A stretch of DNA of 64,000 nt, taken from the NCBI RefSeq assembly GCF_009914755.1, contig NC_060926.1; one strand, 5' to 3'. The notes under the pieces are model-generated. The model was not told the DNA's origin, searched no databases, and saw nothing but the letters and a program-made list of their open reading frames with translations. Each line of letters opens with the position of its first letter. The stretch's first letter is position 1. The position numbers were made by a program, and so were the translations under genes. Shown in pieces: positions 1 through 14,038 of this stretch. Source of the stretch: the human T2T-CHM13v2.0 reference genome, Homo sapiens.

Positions 1-708
1 TTGCCAGGTGCAATGGTCGGCAGCTCTTATTAAGGTCTACCTCTGGGCTACATTTGAAATAAGCTTAAAATTTCCTTTTCAGTCTAGACATGTTCCTCTT
101 CCACTCATGCTATATGAAGTCTGTGAATATCAGTCCTTCATATGATAATAAGAAAATCAGTTTGTATTCGATGATCTTCTTTAACTCCTTACTAGGCATC
201 ATAAAATCATTATTTTATAGAAATTATTAACTATATGGCATTCTAAGTAAGAAAAGTTTGATTTTATATCCCTGTTCCTATTGAAAGTAGATCCATGTCA
301 AACATATAAATCTAATCCATTAATAATATTTCTTAAATAATATTTGTTCTTATTGTCCTAATTTCAGTTTTATGAGATTTAAATTGTACAATATGTTGAC
401 ATAGAAGGAAAAAGATTCTCGGAGTTCCAGATGTTACACACGGATCATATAAAGTGTTTCTGGGGTATACAGAAACTGAGAATAACACTCAGTATTGATA
501 TCAGAGATGTGGTCAGTTCCTTGGAGAAGAAGAGAACATGAAGCCTTATGACACTCCCATGACTTTCCCACAGAGAGCAGCTATGATTTTTGTATATCTT
601 TCTTTCCAAAATAAAGAAAATTAAATAAAAGACAGAGACCACTTGAGATTTCCCATCAGTCTTATGATCATCTTGACAAGAATTAATAAGACCAGGCATC
701 TTACTTAC

Positions 709-750
709 ATTTTTTACATCAGAAATAAAATTGTTACGAACTCTAACATA
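709..750 (-). other. Candidate 42-nt exon
   Basis: tttttgttttcctcaatttttcaaaag|TATGTT...AAAAAT|gtaagt. Open frame YVRVRNNFISDVKN. Confidence 0.3.
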
Positions 751-1758
751 CTTTTGAAAAATTGAGGAAAACAAAAAGCCTTGTTAACCTGAAAGTGATG
801 TACATGACTCATTATTGTTCCAACCCAACCTACCTCTTCCCCTTCACCTCCAGCATTTTTGAAATGAGCTCTTTTCCCACAACAGCCAACAGTGCACAGC
901 ATGTGGGTGCCCTGTCCCTCTCATGCCTCCACAGATTCATAGATGTAGTTACATTGCCCTAGAAGGTTCTTTCTTTTATTTTCCCTCTTATAACCGTCTA
1001 AGTAAAGGTCCACCATAGCACTTCTCACCTTGTATGGTAAGTATTCATTGGGCTGTCCCTAGGAGAAAGCTGAAAGAAACTTTGATGCAAAAGTGAATCT
1101 TACTTGGATATGAATATGTGATACATCTCACATTTCTGACACATAGTACATAATCAGTAAGCACCTACTGAATAAATGGAATTTCACCGCCAAAGCTCCA
1201 TAAGCTATGGATATAGACATAGAAACACATTTTTAAAAATTGAGACTCTGTCTTCAGGCCTAGCAGTTCAAATTTATGCTATTATATCAACATTGGATCA
1301 ATCTAAAGAACTCCGACGTGTGATTCAAAATGTTACTAAGCTATGCATTATTAATGTAATACTAGATAGGAAGGGAGTGATATGATTTCTGAATATGAAA
1401 CATTACTTACTAATATTGTGAAGGAAAGAGAAATGAAGAGATTATACACTTTACAATGGCATTACACTATCTCAAATAAACATATCCTAGAATTTGTCTC
1501 ATTTGATTCTTTTCCTTTTCCTGATAACACACGAGAGGAGCTTAGTAATACTTTGAGGATATTTGTTCCTCTAGGGACCAAATGAAATGCTCTCGCTTTT
1601 AACTTATTTTAATGGACCTTTAAATGTGAATCATAATATCTGAAAACTTATATTTTAAGGCAATGAATTCCAAACATAAGTTTTTAAATAAGACTAGAAT
1701 ATTTTACAAGTACTAGAGAAGAAATAATATCACATGAAACCAACAACTTTAAACTTAC

Positions 1759-1835
1759 TATATTTTTCCCAGAAAGCAGTAGATCTTTATATATGCTGAG
1801 ATTTCCTTTGAAAGAATTTTCGTACGATTTGATTG
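1759..1835 (-). other. Candidate 77-nt exon
   Basis: acttttttgtttcatag|CAATCA...AATATA|gtaagt. Retains CpGs (cgtacg), and two frames are open. Confidence 0.35.
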
Positions 1836-2170
1836 CTATGAAACAAAAAAGTATGATTTTCAAAATTAAGTGTAAGAACATTGTTGTGATGTTTTATTCA
1901 TTCATAAAATATTTACAGACAAATAAAGATATACCTTTAAGTGTGGCTGAGAAATCAATACTCAACTCAGAATATAGATGGGAAAGTGTAAACCAAAAAT
2001 ATCATTAAGGATACAATTTAAAATATTTGAAAATAAATATATCTTCCTCTATATATATTTAAAACAAAGATCTATAGAAGAGAATCTTCAATAGAAAATT
2101 TGAAAATTCCTCAATTTTCTTCAAAATCAATGGATTTACATTTGCTTTTCAATAAATTCAAATTTCTTTT

Positions 2171-2683
2171 GCTTCTGTGAGAGGCACCAGCACAAGGCAC
2201 AGGGATTTCCTAGCAGAGCGGTGGCCATCCCCATGCCTCTGACCTCTGCCCACCATGGGCTGGAACTAAATTGCTACCTTCTCCTTGCTCCACAGAAGGA
2301 GATAGAGAGCTGCAGGGGTCCCCATGCTGGGCAAACCAGTGAGCCAGCAGGGAGGCTGGTCCAAGGAGGAAGTGGGCCAGATCCCATGACCTCGCCCCAC
2401 TCCCTCTACACAGGACGCTTCATATAGATGTGTACAATATATGTACTTTTTAAAGTGACCTCCCTCTCCTTCTGCAGACCCTACATGCCCAAAGCCCAAA
2501 GCCCTTGGGACTTCCCACCACTTTGCTCCACAAATCCAGCTAAGCCTGACCTGTGACTCATCCGTTGCCACTTGGTATCTGTCTGATCTCCAGGCTTTGT
2601 CTTCCTCTCGTCAGTTATTTTGATTATGATTTGTTGTTTTTTTTTTAAACTCAAAAAATAGAAGACTCGGAGGAAAAAAGAAA
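2171..2683 (+). pseudogene. Probable retrocopy (processed pseudogene fragment) of an mRNA 3'UTR, parent not identified
   Basis: Abrupt GC-rich island in very AT-rich flanks. It has UTR-like U-rich blocks, a degenerate polyA signal (aataga at ~2657) and then an A-rich end. It matches no repeat consensus I recognise and has no clear TSD. Confidence 0.55.
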
Positions 2684-3405
2684 TATATATATATAGTGAT
2701 AAGAAAATAGTGATAGTATAGTGATAGTATATAGTGATAGAAAAATTAGAACAAATACGATATTTAACTAAACCAATGTTTTGTTGTTGTCAAAAAACTT
2801 GGAAAAACAGTTGGAATTCTTATATACAAATAACTAAAACCAATCACTGAATAATTAAGTGAGATTAACCCAAGATCGTTATGCCCTCTTTCAAATAGAA
2901 GGATGAGCTGCCTTAAAAATAAAGGAGACAGTGATAATAAAGGAATGGCTTTGTGTCAAACTTAGAAGAGCCAACTGAATGAGATGATACAGGGAGTTGT
3001 GTGTTGCCTGAGTTATGTCCAACCTGAAATCAGAAATAAAGTGAAATCCCAATGGTAATAAAAAGCATTCAGAATATAGGCATGATATATTATAGGGAAA
3101 ATCTTAGACCTAAGATCAAAGATGAAATACTTTTTAAAATGCAAAGCACAAGGGAAATGTGCACTACCAAAATAGGCATATCACTGTGTTTCATGACTAA
3201 GCCCTGGGACATGAAGGAGAGGAGATCAAAGCAGTCACAGAAGTCCTGGTGACCAGAAAAGTTACATCCCACTGGGACTTTCCTTTTCAACTCTGCACAC
3301 AACATAAGAAGAAATCTTGTCTGCAACAGACTCCGCAGAGACTAAGAATGCTGAAAAAGTTTGGACATTTACTTAGTTGTTACAACGGCAAGAAGAAGGC
3401 ATGAA

Positions 3406-3759
3406 ACACACACACACATATACACACACACGTATATGTGTAGATATATACATACGTATATGTATATATATACACACGTATATGTATACATGTGTGTATA
3501 TATACATGTATATGTGTATACATGTGTGTATATATACATATACGTGTGTATGTGTATATACATGTATATATCATGTGTATATATGTGTATATATCATGTG
3601 TATATATGTGTATATATCGTGTATATATGTGTATATATACATATGTGTATACATGTATATGTGTATATACACTTATATGTGTGTATACATGTATATACAT
3701 GTGTATATACACATATATGTGTGTATATATACATATATGTGTGTGTGTATGTATATATG
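3406..3759. repeat. Compound (CA)/(TA)/(TG) alternating purine-pyrimidine microsatellite
   Basis: About 350 bp of acac/tata/gtgt units seen directly. This tract produces the Y/I/C/M-rich spurious ORFs. Confidence 0.97.
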
Positions 3760-4841
3760 ATAGGAACAAATCACACACACTCCTGGAAATTGGGAACTAA
3801 ATAGATCCTACTATTCAAACAAACTTTAAAGATGGAAATTTGCCCCCAAAATAAAAAATAAAATCATTTTACCCATGGAGAAACAACTAAAGTGTTAGCA
3901 TTTGAAATAAGTATGCTACAAATATTTTTCACATGAATAGCCACAGTAATAGGAATTGTGTCTAACATGAAATATGCAGAATTTTCCCTTGTCCACCACA
4001 AAAACCTCTCTAAAGTATAATAGAAACAAACAGTTGTTTCCTTGATTTTTGTGGCTTTACATTCTTTTTTGTTTATTTGTGGACAATTAACTTCAGTGTC
4101 AGTCCAGCCCTTAATTTGTTTATAAATCTTGTGGAAAAAATATCAGATTCCCAGTTTCTAGATGCCAGTGTTCTGCAATATTACAAAAGCAGCATTTTGA
4201 GTCTTGGGTTTTTGGTCCATAACTCCTCTGAAACTACTCTAGCCAAGGTTACTTACAACATCGTTTGTCACTAAAGAAAAGGACACAATTTTTACCAAAC
4301 TTGGACTTTTTAAAGCATATTGCCTCGTGTCTATTTGCTGTCCAGAATGCACACTATTATTGGACTATGGGGAGCTGCTACTCGACATTTTTTTTCTTTG
4401 TTTCACCTGCTCTCAAATCTCTTAAATATCCTCACTCATTGGTATTCCATGGTTGCACTTCTCTCTTTATATATTCCCCCTGGTTGGCTTCATCTGGACA
4501 AGATTTTCTGATTAGCTAAATGCTTACGACTCCATCTGGCATTTAATGCAGAACGGAAATTGGCAATCAATATCAACATCTAAGCTTCTGAAACGCATTC
4601 TTTTCAATACTTGGTTGCATTTTTAAGTCATTAGAGTCCATATATGATAAAACGGTAATTTGAATGTGTAAAAAATGGATTTTTAATATATAGGACAATT
4701 AGCAATCCATTAAAAATAATAAATATAGATTTCTATCTAAGGCCATACACCCAAATAATTCCATATGGATTAAACATTAAAAATATTATAAGTTGTGTGT
4801 GAGTCATATCAAAAAGATAACGATAAGATCAGGCTTCTTTT

Positions 4842-5699
<858 letters not shown>

Positions 5700-7386
5700 G
5701 GCTTCTTTTATGGATAATAAAAAAGGAAGTTTAGTCTTTGAGATCCCAGTAACAACACTATTTTAGATTAATTGGTTTAATGTAGTAATTTTAAAGCTCT
5801 GACACAAACATAAAAGCATTCTTTATACTAGTGAAGTATATTTGCAATTTTGAAAACACTAACAGGATTAATTTATTTAACACTGTCTAACAGTATCATA
5901 GATATGTTTTATTTTGACAAAACAGGCTTGAATGGCTACTTATATGTTACTTTGAGTTTGAAGAAATAGGAGATCACAACACTTATATGAAATACATGTA
6001 GCAAATGCTTTAATGTGACATATCAACCACAATACAACCTTTTTGAAATATAGATCTCCTATAAATGAGATTATTTAATAAACAGTCATAATCAATAAAA
6101 ATTAGGCTCAATGCATATCTTCCTATTAAACACATTAGTTGAAAGTTAATGTATTATGTAGCAGCAGATTTTTAATATTATGTAGCAGTAAATTGTTTCA
6201 AGCATTTTTGACTTTGAAATTCTTCCTACCAAGAAAATCTTAAACTAGAGGTTGAATAAAGAGAACAGATTTTCTCTACAATTTGTAATTGTAGGACTTC
6301 TTTGGCTAAAATGGGTTTAAAGTTTAGAGAGCCCTAGACACAAAGGATATCCAAAGCACGTCTGAGGAACGTCCAAGCTCTGTGGAATGCAGTTCTGCTT
6401 TGCAGATGATCATTTAATACAATCATTGCCAACATTATTCTAACAGACCATTAGTTATTTTTACACATTCCATTAATAGCTGTAGGGCACAACTTCTTCT
6501 CTGTATTTATATTTTTACGCATAAATACGAATTAGTTTTTACTTTTCAGTGAATAGAATACACCATTTTAAGTGAACATTTATTACTTTAATATTGTGTA
6601 ATATTTTATGATGTAAAGTTGTATCCAGGAATAAAATATTGAAAATGTACCATAAGGACATATTTTAATGGTATTATTAGGATAAAAGTAGCATTCTTCA
6701 AGAGTAAATATTCAATTTATATATATTACTGTGAATGAACCGAATGACCATTCTTGGTGCCCACCAAAAAACAAATTATCTTTCCACAGCTTTTTATGCT
6801 GCTGGCACCAAGATTTTTGAAAAACAAATGTCATTACCTTTCTGTCTAAGTTCTATATGCCTTTTTGTCTCACCATATACTTTGCCTTGAAATTGCTTTC
6901 CTCTGAGTATACTGTTCTTTCAAAATTGCAATACATGAATAGGCCTTCAATGTCAGAGAAAATTAGGTGAAGCTGGACACTCACAGGTAAAAGAGAACAT
7001 TTTTGTTTTAAGAATGATGTTAGGCTTTTATTTCCCCATAGGTTTTTGGGGAACAAGTGGTATTGGGTTACGTGAGTAAGTTCTTTAGTGGTAATTTGTG
7101 AGATTTTGGTGCACCCATCACCCGAACAGAATACACTGAACCTGATTTGTAGTATTTTATCCCTCACCCCTTTCCCACCTTTTCCCACTGAGTCCCCAAA
7201 GTCCACTGTGTCATTTGCAGGCCTTTGCATCCTCATAGCTTAGCTCCCAATTATGAGTGAGAACAAACGATGTTTGCTTTTCTATTCCTGAGTTACTTCA
7301 CTTAGAATAATAGTATCCAATCCCATCCAGGTTGCTGCAAATCCCATTAACTCATTCCTTTTTTATGGCTGAGTAGTATTCCATCA

Positions 7387-7389
<3 letters not shown>

Positions 7390-7443
<54 letters not shown>
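7390..7443. repeat. Perfect (TA)n, about 27 units
   Basis: Uninterrupted TA run seen directly. Confidence 0.98.
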
Positions 7444-7446
<3 letters not shown>

Positions 7447-7820
7447 AGTTTCTTTATCTACTCGTTGATTGATGGGCATTTGGGTTGGTTCCACATTTTT
7501 GCAGTTGTGAATTGTGCTGCTATAAACATGCATGTACAAGTATCTTTTGAGTGTAATGACTTCTTTTCCTCTGGGTAGATACCTAGTAGTAAGATTCCTG
7601 GATCAAATGGTAGCTCTACTTTTAGTTCTTTAAGGAATCTCCAAACTGTTTTCCATAGTGGTTGTACTAGTTTACATTCTCACCAGCAGTGTAAAAGTGT
7701 TACCTTTTCACTGTCTCCATGTCATCATCTATTTTTTTTAAATTTTTTTTATTATGGCCATTCTTGCTGGAGTAAGGTGGTATTGCATTGCGGTTTTGAT
7801 TTGTATTTCCCTATCGTTAG

Positions 7821-8185
7821 TGCACTAGTCTGTTTTCATGCTGCTGATAAACACATACCCAAGACTGGGCATTTTACAAAATCAAGAGCTTTATTGAAGT
7901 TACAGTTCCACATGGCTGGGGAGGCCTCACAATCATCGCAGAAGGCCAAGAGGTGCAAGTCACATCTTATGTGGATGGCAGCAGGCAAAGAGAAAGCTTG
8001 TGCAGAGAAACTCCGACTTTTAAAACCATCAGATCTTGTAAAACCCATTCACTATCACGAGAACTATCAGGAAAAACCTGCCCCCATGATTCAATCATCT
8101 CCCACTGGGTCCCTCCCACAACATGTGGGATTTATGGGAGCTACAAGATGAGATTTGGGTGGGGACACAAAGCCAAACGACATCA
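7821..8185 (-). mobile_element. THE1 (MaLR) solo LTR
   Basis: tgcactagtctgttttcatgctgctgataaa...gagatttgggtggggacac...catca. 5-bp TSD gttag/attag inside the host L1. Confidence 0.92.
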
Positions 8186-10400
8186 ATTAGTGATGTTGGG
8201 CATTTTTTTCACGTTTGTTGGCCATTTGTTGACATTTATGTCAAGAATCTATTCACAGATCTCAACAGTGTTAAATATTAGCCTGTTGGAGATGTTGAGC
8301 ATTCTCAACATTGCCATTGTTTCAAGACCCTTATGAGAAGTATTCCTAAATAAAACACTAGCAAGTTGTTTCTATTTCAGATTTATAATGGTGTCTAAGT
8401 TGTTATGAATCTCATCTTCATCAGCAATGTAAGAAATTTCGAGTGATATAAGGAAAGGTTATTAATTATAAGTACATTGCAAATATCAATCATAATAAAA
8501 ATGACAAATAGCATAAGCTAACAAACCCTGTAGTTTGTTTGTATTTTTCTAGAGTGTTTTTCTGAATTGGCATAAGTTCATTTTATTCTCACAAAGAAAT
8601 AACATATTCTCAAGCATTGTATTATAGCTTGGTTTTTCCATTAAATTTTTATTATAAATAGTTTTCCATATCATCAAGTATTTTCTACAATATTTTTTAA
8701 ATGTCAAAATATTTTAGAGCATAGGTGCAATATCTAGCTCACCAACCCTTAATGAATATATATTTTTTCCATTACATAATGCTACAATTAACATCTTCAC
8801 CAATACTGTGCAGAAATCCTTATTGTCTGAGGATTATTTTCTGCATATGGCACTTCAGAATTGAAGAGAATGCATATTTTACAACTTTTGGTGCATTCTT
8901 CCCTGTTGAAAGCTTGTGAACTTTTTCACAGCCACCAATCATGGACAAGAATATACCAACACTAATATCCCCAAAACTATTATCGTCCAATTTTAAATGG
9001 CATTTAACTGACCTATTTGGTTTTTTTTCGTAATATGTAAGAAGTCACCGAAAATATTTTTTTCATGTCTTTATTGGTATTTGTATTGTTTCTTTCTGAA
9101 TCAACCACTTTTCCTTATATTAACTGGTTTTACAACAGAATTATCTAATATTCCAGAACTATGTCTTACTTTTTATTGTATATTATTATTTTCATAAAGT
9201 CTGCATTTTATTTGCTGTTAGTTTATTTAGAAAAATTTGTATCTATCATCATTCTTGAGATTCATCTATAGATTTTATAAGTTGGTATGTTTCTTGACCA
9301 TAATTTTGGGCTATGTTTTTATTATCATATTAAATCATACTAGCTGCTTTAAAAAAACAGTTCAAGAATATTGAGGACTTAGTCTTGCTAAACAAAGTCA
9401 ATATGCAGGTGGTCCTGTTTCAAAAACTCTACTGAGCAGCTCCTCCAAACTCATGGGCTCAAACTGCTTCTACTTTGCAATGTTTTTCTCTTTAAAATTT
9501 GGCCTTCATGTTTGACCCACAAGAGAATAGCACAGCATGGGTCATTGTGCAAGGAAGCTTTGGCAAGCATGAACCGATGGACAGCAATTCTGTTCAAATA
9601 TCCTTGGCCAAATCAGGAACATGACCCCAGTGTTGCAGGAGTGGCAGAATGTAGGTTTTCTCTGAATAAGGAAGCATCTAAGTAATTTTGAGATTTTTGA
9701 TTTACTTTGTTTAATATATTAATAGAGTTGAGAAATTACTTATAGTGGAAGAGTTTAAATATGATAATTATCTGTTTCTTGAGGGTGCCAAATATTTCAG
9801 TTTTGTTTAAATATTAACCTATATCAGATCTCTGACATTACTGACACTTTTTTTCTATCTATTCAGTTTTTCTCCTGCACCATGAGGCAATTATGAAAGT
9901 TCCTGTCTTTCTTTAAATTCTTACTTCTAGCACAACTAAACATTTTTCACATAGAGATATATTTATTAAATTTTAAAGATTAACTTTTATATTGTCACTT
10001 CTCCTTTTTATTCTAACATTTTGGTTTAGATTGTTGATTGTTCCACTTATTTCTTAATATTTTATATTTTCACTAAAATAAGATTTAAATATAATTATTC
10101 TATCTTTCAATTTTAAAATTATTTGATTTTTCTATTTTCTATTAGTTTTAATTATTTATGTAATTAATTTGAATAAATGAATTCATTAATATTAAAAATA
10201 GACTAATTATAGAAGCTTAGAAGTCATGAAGATTAGCATTACAACTTTGTAGATGAATACACTGAGACTCAAATAACTTCAATACCTTTTCAAATTGTAG
10301 TGTAATAACTGAGGGAGGCTATTAATAACCAGCTTCCTTCTTTAGTTCTTAGGACACTTAAAATGTCCACATTTGGCTAAATGTATAAAATATTGCTTAA

Positions 10401-10560
10401 TCAGGCATGGTAAAGTTTGCCTGTGGTCTCAGCTACTAGGGGAGGCTGAGGCAAGAGGATCACTTAGGCCCAGAAGTTCAAAGCTGCAGTGAGCTATGAT
10501 CATGACACTGCATTTCAGCCTGGTGTCAGAGCAAGATCCTGTCTGTGAAACAAAAATAAA
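10401..10560 (+). mobile_element. Old Alu monomer (FRAM / AluJ right arm)
   Basis: cagctactaggggaggctgaggcaagaggatcac...gcagtgagctatgatc followed by an A-rich tail. Confidence 0.85.
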
Positions 10561-10834
10561 CCAAAAGGCATAAAATAAAATATGGCTTCCACTGTTTTTA
10601 AATATATTAACTTTAGATTTAAAAAAATCACTATAATACTTTGTAGAACTTGTAACATCCTATCACCAAATATCCACTATAACAATTTAAATTTAAATAT
10701 AATAATGTAAACTGGTGTTTGAATCATAAGTTTAGACTATGAAGTCAAAACAGCAACTTGTTTTTATTTTATTAATTTTATTTTCTACTTTAAAAATGAC
10801 TCTCCTTTTGTTAGGAGTGAGAGTAGAAACTCAC

Positions 10835-10890
10835 CATCTTCTTTGCCACTGTGGTCAAAGTTAAAACAGTTTCTGGCTAGTGGCTTAAAT
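10835..10890 (-). other. Candidate 56-nt exon ending in ATG
   Basis: cattcatttcatatccatggcag|ATTTAAG...AAGATG|gtgagt. Confidence 0.3.
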
Positions 10891-11925
10891 CTGCCATGGA
10901 TATGAAATGAATGTCTAAGTGATTGTATGATGTATTTCTTTCCATGTAGTCCATCTATCATATGATGACACTGATGCTTATAGAAAAGCTATGAAAGAGC
11001 CTTATTCTATTTTATTACTTGTTGGTAATTAGGCAGTTTGATCAGTGACATCTTCCAGTATATTAATAAGCTGGTTGCCAGGAATTTGATAAATATGTGA
11101 CCAGGAGTCTGTTAAGTAGGATATCATCCGTGGTACACTATGGCTGCAGTTTTTACAGAGGCTAGAAATAGCCTTACATAATTTATACATGTTCTAAGAA
11201 ATTTTTCCAGGTATAATATATTCATTTGGCATTTCAAAAATGATTATTTTTTTTACTTTGTAAATCATTAAGATCAAGTACTTTATTTTTAAATTCTATT
11301 TTCAAATTTTTTAATAGAAATATCTCTATCACTTCAATAGAAATTCCTTAATGCATTGCTACCTGAGTAATGATGATGCTTATTTATAAATTATATAGAA
11401 CTAATTAAAAACTTATTAAATAGCAAAAACCAGTGTGTCCTAACATAATTAAGTAGTATTAGAGAATGAAATAGTCATATGTTCTTAGATAGAAGAAAGA
11501 TGTTATTGGATTGCTACATAAATTATTTGACCTCTGTGAATCAAATTAGTGCTTCTAATGAGTATCTATAAACACAACCAAGTATAAACTCTTCCTGCAA
11601 ATAGTTTTCATGAAATAACAAAAGTACATCAAATTTTATATAATAGCAAAAAATTAAGAAGAATAAAATTCGAATTTACATATTAAGGCATATGGCAAGT
11701 GTTGCTTTGATAAAACTAAGCTGCTACGCCTGACAACTATGATACTGACTCCTCTGACAGAGTGCTTTGAAATCTACCCTCACATCACTATGCTTTGGAA
11801 AAATTCAATTTTCCTACTTTTCATTCATTTGAATTACATAGGGGTTATGGACCCCAATTGGAGAAATAAGGCAGAAAGAGTCACAATTTCAACATATATA
11901 AGGAGAGACTTTTTATATTATAAGG

Positions 11926-12295
11926 TGATACTGTTTGGCTGTGTCTCCATCCAAATCTCATCTTGAATTGTAGTCCCCATAATCCCCACGTGTCATGAGT
12001 GGGGCCCAATGGGAGGTAACTGAATCCCAGGGGCAGTTACTTCCATACTGTCCTCATGATACTGAGTTCTCACGAGATTTTATGGTATTTTAAGGGGTTC
12101 TTCCCCTTTTGCTCAGAACTTCTCCTTTCTGCCACCATGTGAAGAAGGATGCGTTTGTTTCCCCTTCTGCCATGATTGTAAGTTTCCTGATGCTTCCTCA
12201 GCCCTGCAGAACTGTGAGTCAATCAAACCCCTTTCTGTTAGAAGTTACCCAGTCCCAGGCAGTTCTTCATAGCAGCTTAAGAACAGACTAATACA
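11926..12295 (+). mobile_element. THE1 (MaLR) solo LTR
   Basis: tgatactgtttggctgtgtc...gaacagactaataca, with a perfect 5-bp TSD taagg on both sides. Confidence 0.93.
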
Positions 12296-13738
12296 TAAGG
12301 AAAGTAGAAAGAGGGTCAGTAATACCACAATAATATTTAGTTTTATTTTATTTCTCCATAATTGAATAGATTTTCCTATGCTAACATGTCTTAAGTTTAA
12401 TTAGTAATTTAATAAATATTTATCACTCATATTGAGGAGAAACAGAAAATATTAAGGCAATTAGCAAACTGAAAAATTATAACTGTGTACTGTTTAATTC
12501 TTAAGGCTAATCTTCGAATAAACTTTTGTGATAAAGGGTTCAAATCTGTGCACTGAAATAATTAAAAATATAAATTAAAAATGAAAATACTTGCTGGCAA
12601 AATTAATTAATAGGCAAATTGATATTTATTAGATCATATGGACATAAGTAAATGAATTTAGAAGTTTATTTCAACCCTTAATCTGAACAACATGCAAATA
12701 TCCTAGCTGAGTTTTAATTATGTAAGTAGTGATTTGTAAAGGAAATATTGTAAAAGCTCAAAATAAAACAGAAATCAGCCATAATTCCATCATTTTTTAT
12801 ATAGAGAAGCTCCCCAGTTTAAAAATGATTAGGTTCTAAAAGGCTGTTTATAAGATTTCTTCATAAACCCAAGGTGAAACTATATAGCAACAGCTGACAT
12901 AGTCTTGATATTCAAATTGACTACATTTTGTCTCTTAGTTTTTCTAATTAATTGAAAGTTGGCGAATAGAGAAACTGGAACATGTAAAGAAAGAAATTGG
13001 TTCTTTGCATGTGCAATCTCATTATTTTAAGATAGCCTAAGATAATTGCAAGGTAGTCACTAGAAGTTTGATATACATATTTGTGTTCATATATTTAAAT
13101 ATTATATGCATATGTAAATATATACCTATATTTACATACAAATATATTTACACTTGTTATTCTAAATTTTACAATAGAAACATTTCAAAAACTAATCTAA
13201 TAAAAGGAGCTCTTCAAGTAACACAAATTAGCTTTGCTACTCTTCAACAATAATTAATCTGAACCCAACTCTAATATCTGTAACTTTTATCTGAAATGAG
13301 AAAGCACTCTTGTTTTGCTTCTACAGCAGCATTGTTTTAGTGGTATAAATAGCTACCATCATATTTAAAAGCTTAGATATGAAGGGGAGTCATAAAAATT
13401 AATGTCAGCTAAACATACAAATTAATTAAAGAAAATCTAATGAGATCTTCAGAGATTCTAGAACCTTCATTTCAATTGTCCCATGCTACTGCAGATTCTC
13501 TAAGATCCATTTCTCTGACCAAATCCTCTATTTTGCAGACCACATTCTTTTCGTATCTTTAAAAACTGTGCCTCAGACAGTATTTCTCCTTTTCCTTGAT
13601 TCCTTGTATTTAAAAGACATTAGAATGCACTCATTTTTGGTGCTTTTTTTTTTTACATTCTGAGAGGATTTTCAGTGAGCACTAATTGCTGCTAGATGAT
13701 TATCTGGCCAAGATATTATCAAATTAAGAACTAAATAG

Positions 13739-14038
13739 GGCCAGGTATGGTGGCTCATGCCTGTAACCCCAGCAATTTGGGAGGCCGAGGCAGGAGGATT
13801 TGCTTGAGGCCAGGACTTCAAGACCAGCCTGAGTAAAATAGCAAGTCCCCTGTCTCTCCAAAAAATTAAACAAAAAAATTAGCCAGGTGTGGTGACGTGT
13901 GCCTGTAGTCCCCGCTACTGGGAATGTGAGCTGGGAGAATCTTTTGAGCCAAAAGACAGGCTGCAGTGAGCTAGAATGGCGCCACTGTCATTGATCCTGA
14001 GGGATAGAGTGACACTGTATCTAAAAGGATAAAAAAAA
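13739..14038 (+). mobile_element. AluJ
   Basis: Dimeric Alu with A-rich linker and J-type diagnostic sequence (ggaggattgcttgag-like, ggctgcagtgagcta). Confidence 0.9.

Larger units (their letters stand above)
7026..8228 (-). mobile_element. L1PB1-like 3' fragment, interrupted by (TA)n and a THE1 LTR
   Basis: L1PB-type 3' end (ataggtttttggggaac...gtaagttctttagtgg). Antisense ORF2 runs to 7820 and resumes at 8186 (attagtgatgttgggc). Confidence 0.85.

Noticed and set aside
709-750. Leucine-rich-repeat-like pattern VRVRNNFISDV
   Set aside because: It is a single degenerate match in 14 residues, too little to assign a family or gene symbol.
3361-3804. Five overlapping 64-147 aa ORFs
   Set aside because: They are translations of the CA/TA/TG microsatellite, which lacks stop codons because of its composition.
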